A DNA stretch of 43,731 nt, from the sequence record NC_019403.1. One strand, given 5' to 3'. This document shows, piece by piece, positions 9,114 through 18,345 of the stretch (its first letter is position 1; the number at the start of each line of letters is the position of its first letter). The translations under genes and the position numbers were made by a program. The notes under the pieces are model-generated. The model searched no databases, was not told the origin of the DNA, and saw nothing but the letters and a program-made list of their open reading frames with translations. Source of the stretch: Escherichia phage vB_EcoP_ACG-C91.

Positions 9114-9836
9114 ATGTATAAATTAGTATTGAATGCAGGTGATTATGTTCGTAACATCAATGAAGCCTCACGTCGTTATCGTTGCCGTGGTGTAGTAGCT
9201 CGTGTAAGTGAGAACATGTATCATGTAGAATATGATGGTGGTATTAAGGCTTCTTATCACAAGAAAACCGCACATAAATATCTTGAAAAGGTTGTAGAGG
9301 TAAACAATCAATGTAAGTGCATACATGATGAGGTTTGCGATAAGTGTGCACGTCAGGTAGTTAAAGCCTTTACCTTTGCTCAACGCTATGGTTCTATGTA
9401 TGGTGCTGGTAACAAGACCCTTGCAGAAGCAGCTTGGAAGACATTGCAGTTTGAGCGTTCAAATGGACGACGCACCACACTTAAGAAGGAGCGCCGCAAT
9501 GTAATCACTGGTAAGACTCAAAGTGAGATGATTAAGCAATATGGCACTGCATTAGGTGTTACGCAGTTTAATACTCGTGCATTGGGTAAATCCACAGGAC
9601 AAGCTATGGTGAAGATTGGCGAAGCCATGATGCATCCAAATGTACCTGTGCGAATCATGGATGTTGACCATGCAATCACAGAACATGGTACACCACGGCG
9701 TGTAGCTAATAATCATTTTGCCGACACTATAGAAGATATTATCCGTAAGCAAGAGTTGAAAGGTCTTCACATCTTGAATGGTGAAGAGTTACTGTATCTC
9801 CCTATCGTTACTGAAGAAACCTACGTGAATATCTAA
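9114..9836 (+). CDS. Hypothetical protein (241 aa)
   Basis: ORF track (9108..9836); start moved to ATG 9114 with GGAG RBS at 7-nt spacing; no family recognised. Confidence 0.65.
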   Translation: MYKLVLNAGDYVRNINEASRRYRCRGVVARVSENMYHVEYDGGIKASYHKKTAHKYLEKVVEVNNQCKCIHDEVCDKCARQVVKAFTFAQRYGSMYGAGNKTLAEAAWKTLQFERSNGRRTTLKKERRNVITGKTQSEMIKQYGTALGVTQFNTRALGKSTGQAMVKIGEAMMHPNVPVRIMDVDHAITEHGTPRRVANNHFADTIEDIIRKQELKGLHILNGEELLYLPIVTEETYVNI

Positions 9837-9846
9837 GGAGTTAATC

Positions 9847-10065
9847 ATGACTAAGGTATTAATTTATATGCGTGGACCTCATAAATGCTATGCAGTTGTA
9901 GCACCAGATGGTGTTAAGCCCTATGGTACTTCAAAAGGATTGGCATTAATAGGTGCTAGTCGTAGTGCAAGTTTCCAAATGGAACTTTTTGGTCATTGGA
10001 CTGAATGGCAATTCCGTGAGGATTTTAAAGTTGTTGGCAGCTTTATGGTGAAACATGCAAAATAA
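9847..10065 (+). CDS. Hypothetical protein (72 aa)
   Basis: ORF track; AAGGAG RBS. Confidence 0.6.
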   Translation: MTKVLIYMRGPHKCYAVVAPDGVKPYGTSKGLALIGASRSASFQMELFGHWTEWQFREDFKVVGSFMVKHAK

Positions 10066-10264
10066 ACACAGCCTTAAGATGTTTGATGGTCACGAAGACC
10101 TGCAAGCACAAATTACTAATCAAGCCTTCCTGTTTGCACAGTTAACTATGGCTGAAGCAAAGAAGAATAGTCTGACATGTGAGCAGGTTATCAAGGAGGC
10201 AACTTGGGAGCCACACCAAGGCAAATACATGGGCCAGAAACTAACTGTAACACGCAGTCGGTAA
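10055..10264 (+). CDS. Hypothetical protein (69 aa; alternative start ATG 10079)
   Basis: ORF track; overlaps previous gene by 11 nt. Confidence 0.5.
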   Translation: MQNKHSLKMFDGHEDLQAQITNQAFLFAQLTMAEAKKNSLTCEQVIKEATWEPHQGKYMGQKLTVTRSR

Positions 10265-10273
10265 GTCAAGGGT

Positions 10274-10291
10274 TGTCTCACACGTGAGACA
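10274..10291. repeat. Conserved palindrome variant TGTCTCACACGTGAGACA (copy 4), followed by a T-run
   Basis: Palindrome then GCCTTTTAT; possible terminator or processing hairpin. Confidence 0.6.
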
Positions 10292-10321
10292 GCCTTTTAT
10301 CATATTGATTGGAGGTGCATT

Positions 10322-10432
10322 ATGCCACGTGATTATGATTCTGATTGGGACTACTATGACTCAATGAATCCAAAACCTGAACATTCAGATGATTATTATT
10401 GGGTGGAGGAAATGTATGAAGATTGTTGATTG
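10322..10432 (+). CDS. Small acidic protein (36 aa) overlapping DNAP start
   Basis: ATG with strong GGAGGTG RBS; aromatic/acidic composition; below ORF-track cutoff. Confidence 0.3.
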
Positions 10433-12962
10433 GAAGAAGGAGGCAGAAGGCCGTATCCTTGTCATGGATGCGGAAGCTAAAGGTCTTCTTGATGCTATCC
10501 GCTATGGTCATCGTGAAGATGTACACATCATTTGCTGCATGGATTTGCTTACTACAGAGGAGTTCCTCTTCTTTGACCCATATGAGATGCGTGACCCTGA
10601 AGCAAGGGAACACCTGAAGGAATGGGAGGGCCATCAAGATGGAACCTTGGTTGACGGTGTAAACTTCCTGAAGCACTGTGAAGCCATTGTGTCACAGAAC
10701 TTCCTAGGCTATGACGGGCTTCTCTTTGAGAAAGCATTCCCTGACATCTGGAAGGGCTTTAACTATACCGAGAGGCGCGGCAAGGGCAGACTTCGTGCTG
10801 ACCTGTGCCCAGTGCGCGTCATGGATACGCTGGTGATGAGTCGCCTGTTAAACCCCGATAGACGCCTTCCTCCGCAAGCATACGCCAAAGGTATGGGTAA
10901 CGTTGCCCCTCACTCAATTGAGGCGCACGGCATCCGTATAGGTCGCTATAAACCGGAGAACGAGGACTGGTCTAAGTTGACCGACCACATGGTTCACCGT
11001 GTACGTGAGGACGTGGCTATCGGACGTGACCTATTCCTCTGGCTATTTAACGGAGAATGGACGGAGCACAAACGCCGTGGCGTGAACAAACGCACTGGCC
11101 TAGGCATTGAGACAGCCTTCCACATGGAATCCATTGTTGCGCTGGAGATGAGCCGTCAGGCCGAGCGTGGATTCCGTCTGGACATTGACAAAGCATTAGC
11201 GCGATGCGAAGAACTGGACGCTAAGATTGACGAGACAGTCGCAGCGTTCCGTCCGCACATGCCTATGCGTATTAAGTCTAAACCTTTTAAACCGGAAGAA
11301 AAGAATGAAGTATGCCAACGCGCAAATGAGTATGGAGCTAGCAACAATATACCTACTGTCCTTGACCCCTCACACTTTCTTCATGCCGAGAGACGAGGAG
11401 ATCGCAAGACAGTATGGAGTGTCACTACTAAGTCTGGTGATTGGTCGGCTAGTGTCAAGAAAGACTTTCCTCACCTTAGAGGAAACCGTAATGACACGCC
11501 AAGTATCAAGTGGATTGGCGCTTACTCGCCTGTTACTTTCGAAGAGATTCCCTTGGGTAACAGGGATACAGTTAAGCAAGTGCTCTATGATTATGGATGG
11601 AAAGGTGTTGAATTTAACGATACCGAGCAAGCGCATCTGGATGAGTATGGAGTGTTACCCAAGCCTTGGAGTGGGAAGATAAATGAAAAGTCCCTTACTT
11701 TATGGCAAGAGAGAGCCGCACGTGAAGGTAAAACAGTCCCTGATTGGTGCTTGGGTATCGCTGCATGGTACATACTCGTATCCCGTCGTGGTCAGATCCT
11801 CAACCGTGGTGACGTTGAAGCCTTCGACCAGAAGGGGGTGTGGCCTTCGCAAGCTGGTATACGAAAGTGTCGCGGCCTTGTACCTGTAGCATTTAACAAG
11901 GAGTTAGGAATCAATGCGCAGCAATACTACGAAAGGTACGGATGCTGGCCTACGTCAGACAAGGATGACGGAGAATGGCGTGTGCCAGCTATTGCTATTA
12001 GTATTGGAACTTCTACGTTCCGTATGCGTCATCGTAACGTGGTTAATATTCCTGCCCGTGGTTTGTATCCTTTACGTGATTTATTCATAGCCGGTAAAGG
12101 TAAGCTAATCCTTGGTTGTGATGGTGCTGGTCTTGAACTACGTGTACTGTCTCACTTCATGAATGACCCTGAATATCAAGATATTGTACTGCATGGTGAC
12201 ATTCACACCCATAATCAAATGAAGGCTGGTCTTCCTAAGCGTGACATGGCGAAGACATTTATATATGCCTTCCTATATGGGTCTGGTATAGCTAACCTTG
12301 CAGCAGTATGTGGTGTTACTGAGGAAGAAATGGAGGAAGTTGTGGCAAGATTTGAGGTTGAACTACCATCTCTTGCACGTCTTCGTGAGAATGTTATCGC
12401 ACAAGGTAACAAGTTTGGCTACCTACAAGCACCTGATGGTCATTGGGGTCGCATCCGTATGTCTGGTGGTGAACTTAAAGAGCACACTATGCTTAACGTA
12501 CTACTCCAGATGACTGGTTCTCTGTGTATGAAATACGCATTGGTCAGAGCGTTTGCAGTGATGCGCAAGGAAGGTGTGGCCTTAGATAGCATGGGAAACC
12601 CTTGCGGTATAGCTAACGTGCACGATGAAATCCAGATGGAAGTCCCTAAAGATGAGGTCTTGTATCTCAACTACGACTTGCCTTTCACCTTAGAAGGGTT
12701 CGAAACAGAGAAGGCTGCTGTGAAAGCAGTGTTCGATGCAGAGGGGAAACGTGTTCATGTGGATTCTGAAGGACGTATGTGGTCTGCTGCAAATCTCGTT
12801 AGTGTTGATGCTGATGCTGGTGTACTTCATTGCCAGCGTCGTTATCACCGTGCAGGGCATATCATTGCCGATGCAATGACTTGGGCGGGTCAGTACCTGA
12901 AGATGCGTTGTCCGATGGCAGGTGAGTATAAGATTGGTGCAAGTTGGAAGGAAACACACTGA
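10416..12962 (+). CDS. DNA polymerase, family A (T7 gp5-like)
   Basis: 848 aa from ATG 10416 (GGAGG RBS); motif A DGAGLELRVLSHF, motif B KTFIYAFLYGSG, motif C VHDEIQ. Confidence 0.95.
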   Translation: MKIVDWKKEAEGRILVMDAEAKGLLDAIRYGHREDVHIICCMDLLTTEEFLFFDPYEMRDPEAREHLKEWEGHQDGTLVDGVNFLKHCEAIVSQNFLGYDGLLFEKAFPDIWKGFNYTERRGKGRLRADLCPVRVMDTLVMSRLLNPDRRLPPQAYAKGMGNVAPHSIEAHGIRIGRYKPENEDWSKLTDHMVHRVREDVAIGRDLFLWLFNGEWTEHKRRGVNKRTGLGIETAFHMESIVALEMSRQAERGFRLDIDKALARCEELDAKIDETVAAFRPHMPMRIKSKPFKPEEKNEVCQRANEYGASNNIPTVLDPSHFLHAERRGDRKTVWSVTTKSGDWSASVKKDFPHLRGNRNDTPSIKWIGAYSPVTFEEIPLGNRDTVKQVLYDYGWKGVEFNDTEQAHLDEYGVLPKPWSGKINEKSLTLWQERAAREGKTVPDWCLGIAAWYILVSRRGQILNRGDVEAFDQKGVWPSQAGIRKCRGLVPVAFNKELGINAQQYYERYGCWPTSDKDDGEWRVPAIAISIGTSTFRMRHRNVVNIPARGLYPLRDLFIAGKGKLILGCDGAGLELRVLSHFMNDPEYQDIVLHGDIHTHNQMKAGLPKRDMAKTFIYAFLYGSGIANLAAVCGVTEEEMEEVVARFEVELPSLARLRENVIAQGNKFGYLQAPDGHWGRIRMSGGELKEHTMLNVLLQMTGSLCMKYALVRAFAVMRKEGVALDSMGNPCGIANVHDEIQMEVPKDEVLYLNYDLPFTLEGFETEKAAVKAVFDAEGKRVHVDSEGRMWSAANLVSVDADAGVLHCQRRYHRAGHIIADAMTWAGQYLKMRCPMAGEYKIGASWKETH

Positions 12963-13078
12963 TGGACAGGTTTGATATTGTTTGCCTATTCTCTACCTCC
13001 TTTCTTATATTCCTTATGCTTGCTTGCTATGGAAGTATGCGATTAGATATACCTGATGAAGAGGAGGGTTACGATTGA
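12962..13078 (+). CDS. Small hydrophobic protein (38 aa)
   Basis: ATG overlaps DNAP stop; hydrophobic core; below ORF-track cutoff. Confidence 0.3.
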   Translation: MDRFDIVCLFSTSFLIFLMLACYGSMRLDIPDEEEGYD

Positions 13079-13176
13079 TGCAGGCATCTTTTATTATTCT
13101 TGGAGTCATATTATTTATGGTAGTATTCTGGGCTTTCTCTGGCATTGACCCAGATTGTGATGGTAACTACGACTGA
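13078..13176 (+). CDS. Small hydrophobic membrane protein (32 aa)
   Basis: ATG with AGGAGG RBS; single predicted TM segment. Confidence 0.35.
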   Translation: MQASFIILGVILFMVVFWAFSGIDPDCDGNYD

Positions 13177-13244
13177 GTTATACTCAAGGTCACTTACGAG
13201 TGGCCTTTATGAATAACTTATTCCTACTTATTTTGTCTAACATG

Positions 13245-13265
13245 ATTTACTGGACACTATAGAAG
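13245..13265 (+). promoter_or_regulatory. Phage-RNAP promoter (ATTTACTGGACACTATAGAAG)
   Basis: Exact consensus. Confidence 0.75.
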
Positions 13266-13331
13266 GAAAACCTAGGTAATCTAGGTTTATAAGGTAGTAT
13301 AGGTAATTAAGTAAATATAGGAGATATAAAT

Positions 13332-13709
13332 ATGTCTATGGTAACTACTCTGGTATTCGTGGCTCAATACTTCCGTGGTCTGGCTAATAAGTTCAAGTCC
13401 AAGGCCATCAAAGCTATTGAGGTTCGCATCGAAGCAGTACAGACAGAGCAAGTTAAAGTGGAAGAACATCGTAGTTCTCAAATGATTGACTGTCACAACC
13501 GCTACTATGCATCTCGTGATGAATTAAATGCACGTCAAGTCAAAGAGGTTGAAGAAATGATGGCACGTCACCAGCAAGAGCGTGACAGCCTGAAAGCTGA
13601 ATTTGAAGAGAACAAGGCATCCATTGCTCTGGTACATCAAGCAGCATCTGATAGCCTGAAGAAAGAGATTGTTATGCTGGAAATCGAACTGGACAACTTG
13701 ACTAAATAA
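13332..13709 (+). CDS. Hypothetical protein (125 aa), predicted coiled coil
   Basis: ORF track; AGGAG RBS; heptad-like charged sequence. Confidence 0.7.
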   Translation: MSMVTTLVFVAQYFRGLANKFKSKAIKAIEVRIEAVQTEQVKVEEHRSSQMIDCHNRYYASRDELNARQVKEVEEMMARHQQERDSLKAEFEENKASIALVHQAASDSLKKEIVMLEIELDNLTK

Positions 13710-13715
13710 GGAGTT

Positions 13716-14015
13716 ATGATGGAAGAAGTGATTCAAGCTAAACATGTAAGTATCATCTTTCGTGATTTAGAGCAGCGTAAAGTTGCAGGCCATACCCGTT
13801 TGGCTAAAGAAGATGATACAGCAATCACTACTGTTGAACAAGCAGATGCCTATCGTGGGCCAGAGTTCACCCAAGGTGAAACCTGTCACCAATTGAGCCT
13901 GTCACTTTGTGACACTATGGCTATTGTAAATGTGCAAGAAGTGGAAGACGGCGAGTGTGTTAGTTACATCTACCCTCTAGACACTATTGCACGCATTAAG
14001 GTAATCCATAAATAA
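13716..14015 (+). CDS. Hypothetical protein (99 aa)
   Basis: ORF track; AAGGAG RBS. Confidence 0.65.
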   Translation: MMEEVIQAKHVSIIFRDLEQRKVAGHTRLAKEDDTAITTVEQADAYRGPEFTQGETCHQLSLSLCDTMAIVNVQEVEDGECVSYIYPLDTIARIKVIHK

Positions 14016-14033
14016 TTACTGGACACTATAGAA
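14013..14033 (+). promoter_or_regulatory. Phage-RNAP promoter variant (AATTACTGGACACTATAGAAC)
   Basis: Two mismatches from consensus. Confidence 0.6.
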
Positions 14034-14092
14034 CAATAGGTCGGCTTAGTTCGGCCTATGATTGTGTAGTGTAACAATAGGAGACTAAATAA

Positions 14093-14899
14093 ATGGCACG
14101 TGGTGATTTTGATTTTGGTGCTCAGGTTACTAAAGCTGAAGGTAAAGTATTTAAGAACCCTGAAGTTGGTGATCATGAAGCAGTAATCTCTGGCATCATT
14201 CATGTTGGTTCCTTTCAAGACATCTTTAAGAAAGGCAATACCACTGAAGTTAAGAAGCCAGCAAACTTTGTTCTTGTTAAGATTGTCCTGATGGGTGACG
14301 ATGATAAGAACGAAGATGGCTCTCGCATGGAACAATGGATGGCTGTGCCTCTGAAGTCTGGTGACAAGGCAACCTTGACTAAGTTCCTGAATGCAGTAGA
14401 CCCTAAAGAGTTGCTCGGTGGCTTCGATGACTTCATCGGGGAGTGCCTGACTGCAACTATGGTTGGCTCTGGTGACAAGAATGAAGACGGCTCATTCAAG
14501 TATGTTAACTGGAAAGGGTTCGGTGGTATGCCGGACAAGCTGAAGAAACTTGTCATTGCTCAGGTAGAAGAGGAAGGTCTGTCTATGACAGGTCATATCA
14601 CATTTGATAAGCTGACTAAAGAAATCATTGATGATATTCCTGCTAATCTGGTGCGTCAGTATTTACTGAACGAGACGCCTCGTGGTAAGAACCTGTCTGT
14701 TGCTGGCTCTCACGTAGAAGCAATCATCAAAGCTGCTCGTGAAGAAGACCCAGAGTGGAAGAAAGCCAAGAAGAAAGACGACGAAGATGCTACCCCAGCT
14801 AATCGCAAATCTTTGGATACTGGCGAGTCTGTCCCGCAAGAAGTGCCGGAAGCAGATAATGCGCCTGCACCGGAAATGGATGAGGACGCGGAATATTAA
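14093..14899 (+). CDS. Hypothetical replication-region protein with acidic C-terminal tail (possible ssDNA-binding protein)
   Basis: 268 aa; two internal GDxDKNEDGS repeats; ends ...PEMDEDAEY (acidic tail with terminal aromatic, as in phage SSBs); SSB assignment is inference from position and tail only. Confidence 0.7.
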   Translation: MARGDFDFGAQVTKAEGKVFKNPEVGDHEAVISGIIHVGSFQDIFKKGNTTEVKKPANFVLVKIVLMGDDDKNEDGSRMEQWMAVPLKSGDKATLTKFLNAVDPKELLGGFDDFIGECLTATMVGSGDKNEDGSFKYVNWKGFGGMPDKLKKLVIAQVEEEGLSMTGHITFDKLTKEIIDDIPANLVRQYLLNETPRGKNLSVAGSHVEAIIKAAREEDPEWKKAKKKDDEDATPANRKSLDTGESVPQEVPEADNAPAPEMDEDAEY

Positions 14900-14908
14900 G
14901 GAGGTCTG

Positions 14909-15127
14909 ATGAAGGTACAAATCGTAACACTGCACTGTAAAAAGGGGGTTACCACGCTCGGAGGTAATACTTTTCACTCCTTCTCCGAAGGGGAGATTTA
15001 CGCTGACCTGCACTACATCTGGCGCGACGGACAGCACGTGGTGAACTACAGCGACCCTGCGACTGGTAAACGCCACGGCGTGTCGCTTCCGGCGCACGAC
15101 ATTGCGCAGGTGAACACAGTTTTATAA
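14909..15127 (+). CDS. Hypothetical protein (72 aa)
   Basis: ORF track; AAGGAGG RBS. Confidence 0.65.
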   Translation: MKVQIVTLHCKKGVTTLGGNTFHSFSEGEIYADLHYIWRDGQHVVNYSDPATGKRHGVSLPAHDIAQVNTVL

Positions 15128-15128
15128 A

Positions 15129-15144
15129 GTCTCACACGTGAGAC
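15129..15144. repeat. Conserved palindrome GTCTCACACGTGAGAC (copy 5)
   Basis: Perfect palindrome directly after stop of ORF 14909..15127 and 15 bp upstream of a promoter. Confidence 0.7.
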
Positions 15145-15159
15145 AACTCGGTGTCCGGT

Positions 15160-15180
15160 ATTTACTGGACACTATAGAAG
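15160..15180 (+). promoter_or_regulatory. Phage-RNAP promoter (ATTTACTGGACACTATAGAAG)
   Basis: Exact consensus. Confidence 0.75.
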
Positions 15181-15232
15181 AGAAGAATTTTAATCGGCGA
15201 TAATGCCATAACCAACAAAAGGAGAATTTAAT

Positions 15233-15604
15233 ATGTTCGCTATTGAAACTATCGTAAACCGTGTTGTTAAAGGTGCTGATCTGGTATCCGTTGAGTCTTT
15301 CGTTATCGTCGATGAAGCCAACAAACTGGTAGCTGGCACTAAGGCTTATGATACTCGTGAAGAAGCTCAGGCTAAGATTGACAGCATGGGTAACTTCGCT
15401 ACTGGTCTGGAGTTCGCTCGTGCTTGCTTCCCTGAGCAGGCTGACAAAGCCCAGATTGGTAAGGCTAACATCGTAGCTGAATATCTGGATTGGATTGCTG
15501 CTGGTAAACCAGTGAAAGAAGTTAAAGCTGCTGAAGAAGCTGAAGCTCCGGCAGTAGAAGTGTCTGCACCGGAAGCTCCGGTTAGCGAAGAGGAAGAGTT
15601 TTGA
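15233..15604 (+). CDS. Hypothetical protein (123 aa) with acidic C-terminal tail ending ...SEEEEF
   Basis: ORF track; AAAGGAG RBS; C-terminal tail resembles the DNAP-binding tails of T7 gp2.5/gp4. Confidence 0.7.
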   Translation: MFAIETIVNRVVKGADLVSVESFVIVDEANKLVAGTKAYDTREEAQAKIDSMGNFATGLEFARACFPEQADKAQIGKANIVAEYLDWIAAGKPVKEVKAAEEAEAPAVEVSAPEAPVSEEEEF

Positions 15605-15663
15605 TAATAGCAGGTGTAGCCTCTGTTAGTCCTAGTTGACTATCACGCTCACCTCATCTAATG

Positions 15664-15696
15664 CCCTGTCTGCCTTAGTGTAGGCAGGGTCTTTTG
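15664..15696 (+). terminator. Rho-independent terminator
   Basis: 9-bp stem CCCUGUCUG/UAGGCAGGG (with G-U pairs) followed by UCUUUUG; near-copy of the capsid terminator hairpin. Confidence 0.6.
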
Positions 15697-15721
15697 CGTA
15701 ATAGTTATTGGAGAATGAATT

Positions 15722-15994
15722 ATGCCGACTATTGAATCTCGAATTGAACTGGACATTAGCTACAATGCAATCACCAGACAGTATATTGGGGTTGCCTATG
15801 ATTACAAAACTGGTGAGAAGCTAGTGGAGGTGAGACAATGGGATGACTATTGGTTAAGACAGAACCTCCATGATGCGGTGTCCTCCTTCTTGAAGGAGTG
15901 GCCTACATGCGACCAAACTTCGACTTCGGAGCTACAGTGTCGGAAGACAATAATCTCATCCTGTGGCCGACTGAAGGTAATCGAATCGCTTTAA
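15722..15994 (+). CDS. Hypothetical protein (90 aa), 3' end overlapping exonuclease gene
   Basis: ORF track; overlaps next gene by about 88 nt in a different frame, so C-terminal extent is uncertain. Confidence 0.35.
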   Translation: MPTIESRIELDISYNAITRQYIGVAYDYKTGEKLVEVRQWDDYWLRQNLHDAVSSFLKEWPTCDQTSTSELQCRKTIISSCGRLKVIESL

Positions 15995-16932
15995 TAGATG
16001 CCGATATGTTGCCTTACATCGTCGCGTATACAATCAGCGACATGACTTATGTACGAGCCACAACTCGTGTTAAGTCAGGACAAGTCCCATCAATCAAAGA
16101 TACGCCTGAGTGTAAGCAGGCGTGTGACCGTGTGAACTCCTTGCTTAACTCTTGGGTGTATGCAGCAGAATGTGATGCAGCTAAGTTATTCATGACGAAA
16201 TCAGAAGCTAACTTCCGTGTCCGCCTCGCATTCACCAAGCCTTATAAAGGTCAACGTAAGACCGAGAAGCCTCCATTCTTCTATGAATTGCGAGAGCATC
16301 TCTTAGAGGTTCACGGTGCAATCTTGGCAGATGGAGAGGAAGCAGACGACCTCATGAGTATCGCACAATGGGACAGCCACCGCCGCTTCCAGCAAGATAC
16401 AGGTAACGAGTTCCCTATCGGTAGTCCAGAGCATAAAGCATTCTCTGATACTTGCATCGTTTCCTTGGATAAGGATTTGATGATTGTTCCCGGTTGGCAT
16501 CTACAGCCGGGTCAAGAGAAGAAGTGGGTAGAGCCTATGGGCTGGCTTGAGCTACGCCGTAAGGCTAATGGGCAAGTCAAAGATCTAAAAGGTGCTGGCC
16601 TCATGTTCCACTATGCACAGATGATTATCGGTGATGATATTGATAACTATGCTGGCATACCAGGTCGTGGTGCTAAATACGCCTATGATCTTCTCAAAGA
16701 TTGTAAGACAGAGAAAGAGTTGTACATGGCAGTGCTGGGTGCTTACAAGGCTAAGTTCGGGCATGGACAAGTTAAAATTAAGAATTACCGAGGTGGTTAT
16801 CGTATCGGCAAAGCATTTGACCTAATGCTTGAGTGTGGTCGCTTAGCTCACATGGCAAGATTCAAGGGTGATATATGGCGAGCCGATAAGAACCCAATCT
16901 TGTGGGGAGATGAAGGATGGCTACAAAGTTAA
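15907..16932 (+). CDS. 5'-3' exonuclease (T7 gp6-like, FEN/PIN fold)
   Basis: Motifs DGEEADDLM, SLDKDL, IGDDIDNYAGIPGRG parallel T7 gene 6 exonuclease (EGDDVMG, SCDKDF, GDITDGYSGIAGWG); ATG 15907 with AAGGAG RBS. Confidence 0.85.
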   Translation: MRPNFDFGATVSEDNNLILWPTEGNRIALIDADMLPYIVAYTISDMTYVRATTRVKSGQVPSIKDTPECKQACDRVNSLLNSWVYAAECDAAKLFMTKSEANFRVRLAFTKPYKGQRKTEKPPFFYELREHLLEVHGAILADGEEADDLMSIAQWDSHRRFQQDTGNEFPIGSPEHKAFSDTCIVSLDKDLMIVPGWHLQPGQEKKWVEPMGWLELRRKANGQVKDLKGAGLMFHYAQMIIGDDIDNYAGIPGRGAKYAYDLLKDCKTEKELYMAVLGAYKAKFGHGQVKIKNYRGGYRIGKAFDLMLECGRLAHMARFKGDIWRADKNPILWGDEGWLQS

Positions 16933-17330
16933 AAGCATCTGAAGTTGCTGCTTATAAGAAAGAGTTGCTAGAGAAGCAGGGCTGGAAATGTCCTATTTGT
17001 GGAGCACCTCTTAAAGCAGTAGCCGAGATTAACCGAGTACTAGACCATTGCCATCGCAGAGGTTACTGTAGAGCAGTACTCTGTCGTGGGTGCAATGGCG
17101 GTATCGGGAAGATAGAAAACCTAGTAAAGACTTATTGTAAGGCTGGGGATAATGAGTATTTCATTATCAAGACATTGCGAAACATTGCAGATTATCTAGA
17201 CTTACATAGTAAGCCTCAGACTGATAAGATTTATCATAAACATCAAACGGAGGCAGAGAAGCGCGAGGCTAAGAACCGTAAGGCACGCCTTGCTTATGCA
17301 AGAAAGAAGAAGGAGGTTAAAGTTGGGTAA
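16917..17330 (+). CDS. Endonuclease VII-like Holliday-junction resolvase
   Basis: CPICGAPL...LDHCHRRGYCRAVLCRGCNGGIG matches the T4 endonuclease VII zinc/HNH-like signature (C-x-I-C ... DH-H ... G-x-L-C-x-x-CN). Confidence 0.85.
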   Translation: MATKLKASEVAAYKKELLEKQGWKCPICGAPLKAVAEINRVLDHCHRRGYCRAVLCRGCNGGIGKIENLVKTYCKAGDNEYFIIKTLRNIADYLDLHSKPQTDKIYHKHQTEAEKREAKNRKARLAYARKKKEVKVG

Positions 17331-18330
17331 GCTCCGCAGCTTGTACAAAGACTCCGAGGTACTTGATGCAATCGAGCAAGCTACCGACGAGAAAGGTAAT
17401 GTTAACTACAATGAGATGGCACGGGTATTATCGTGCCACCCTGTGGGTAAGAAGATTACCCGCCAGTTGGCTCGATACTGGCATGGTCAATTCAAGAAGA
17501 CCAAGAAGAATGGTGATTATTACCAGACCCTTCTGCAAGAAGATAAGCGTATCAAAGAAGAGCGTAAGCTCAGGACTCCTGACCGCTACGAGGATTTGGC
17601 TATTGTACCATTGCCTGACTCGCCTCATCGAAGTGTACTGGTAATCCCTGACACTCATGCACCCTATGAGCATCCAGATACCTTAGAGTTCCTTGCAGCA
17701 GTTGCAGCACGTTATCGCCCAGATACAGTGGTACATCTTGGGGATGAGGCAGATAAACATGCCCTGTCATTCCATGATTCTGACCCCAATCTGGATAGCG
17801 CTGGCATGGAGTTAGAGAAGGCTCGTGTCTTCATGCATAAGCTGCATAAGATGTTCCCTGTTATGCGCCTGTGTCATTCTAACCACGGCTCTATGCACTT
17901 CCGTAAGGCAAGCGCCAAAGGTATTCCTGTACAATATCTGCGTACCTATCGTGAAGTATTCTTTCCGCATGGGGGTGGCGACCAGTGGGATTGGCAGCAT
18001 ACACACGTTCTTGAATTGCCGAATGGTGAACAGGTTGCATTTAAGCATCAACCAGCAGGCTCAGTCTTAGCAGATGCAGCGCATGAGCGCATGAACTTAG
18101 TGTGCGGTCACTTGCATGGTAAGATGTCGGTGGAGTATGCACGTAACACACATGAGCAGTATTGGGCTGTGCAGGGCGGCTGTTTGATTGATGAGTCATC
18201 TCGTGCATTTGCCTATGGTCGTGAGTCCAAATACAAGCCAGCATTAGGTTGTGTGGTTATTCTGGAGGGTGTGCCGCACATTGTCCCGATGCAGACCAAT
18301 AATGACAATCGCTGGATTGGTAAGATTTAG
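17296..18330 (+). CDS. Calcineurin-like metallophosphoesterase
   Basis: Motifs VIPDTHAP (DxH), HLGDEAD (GDxxD), GHLHG (GHxH); start uncertain (ATG 17296, or TTG 17323 which has the stronger AAGGAGG RBS). Confidence 0.8.
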   Translation: MQERRRRLKLGKLRSLYKDSEVLDAIEQATDEKGNVNYNEMARVLSCHPVGKKITRQLARYWHGQFKKTKKNGDYYQTLLQEDKRIKEERKLRTPDRYEDLAIVPLPDSPHRSVLVIPDTHAPYEHPDTLEFLAAVAARYRPDTVVHLGDEADKHALSFHDSDPNLDSAGMELEKARVFMHKLHKMFPVMRLCHSNHGSMHFRKASAKGIPVQYLRTYREVFFPHGGGDQWDWQHTHVLELPNGEQVAFKHQPAGSVLADAAHERMNLVCGHLHGKMSVEYARNTHEQYWAVQGGCLIDESSRAFAYGRESKYKPALGCVVILEGVPHIVPMQTNNDNRWIGKI

Positions 18331-18345
18331 TTGACACTATAGAAC
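18325..18345 (+). promoter_or_regulatory. Phage-RNAP promoter variant (ATTTAGTTGACACTATAGAAC), more SP6-like
   Basis: Overlaps the stop of the phosphoesterase gene. Confidence 0.6.
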
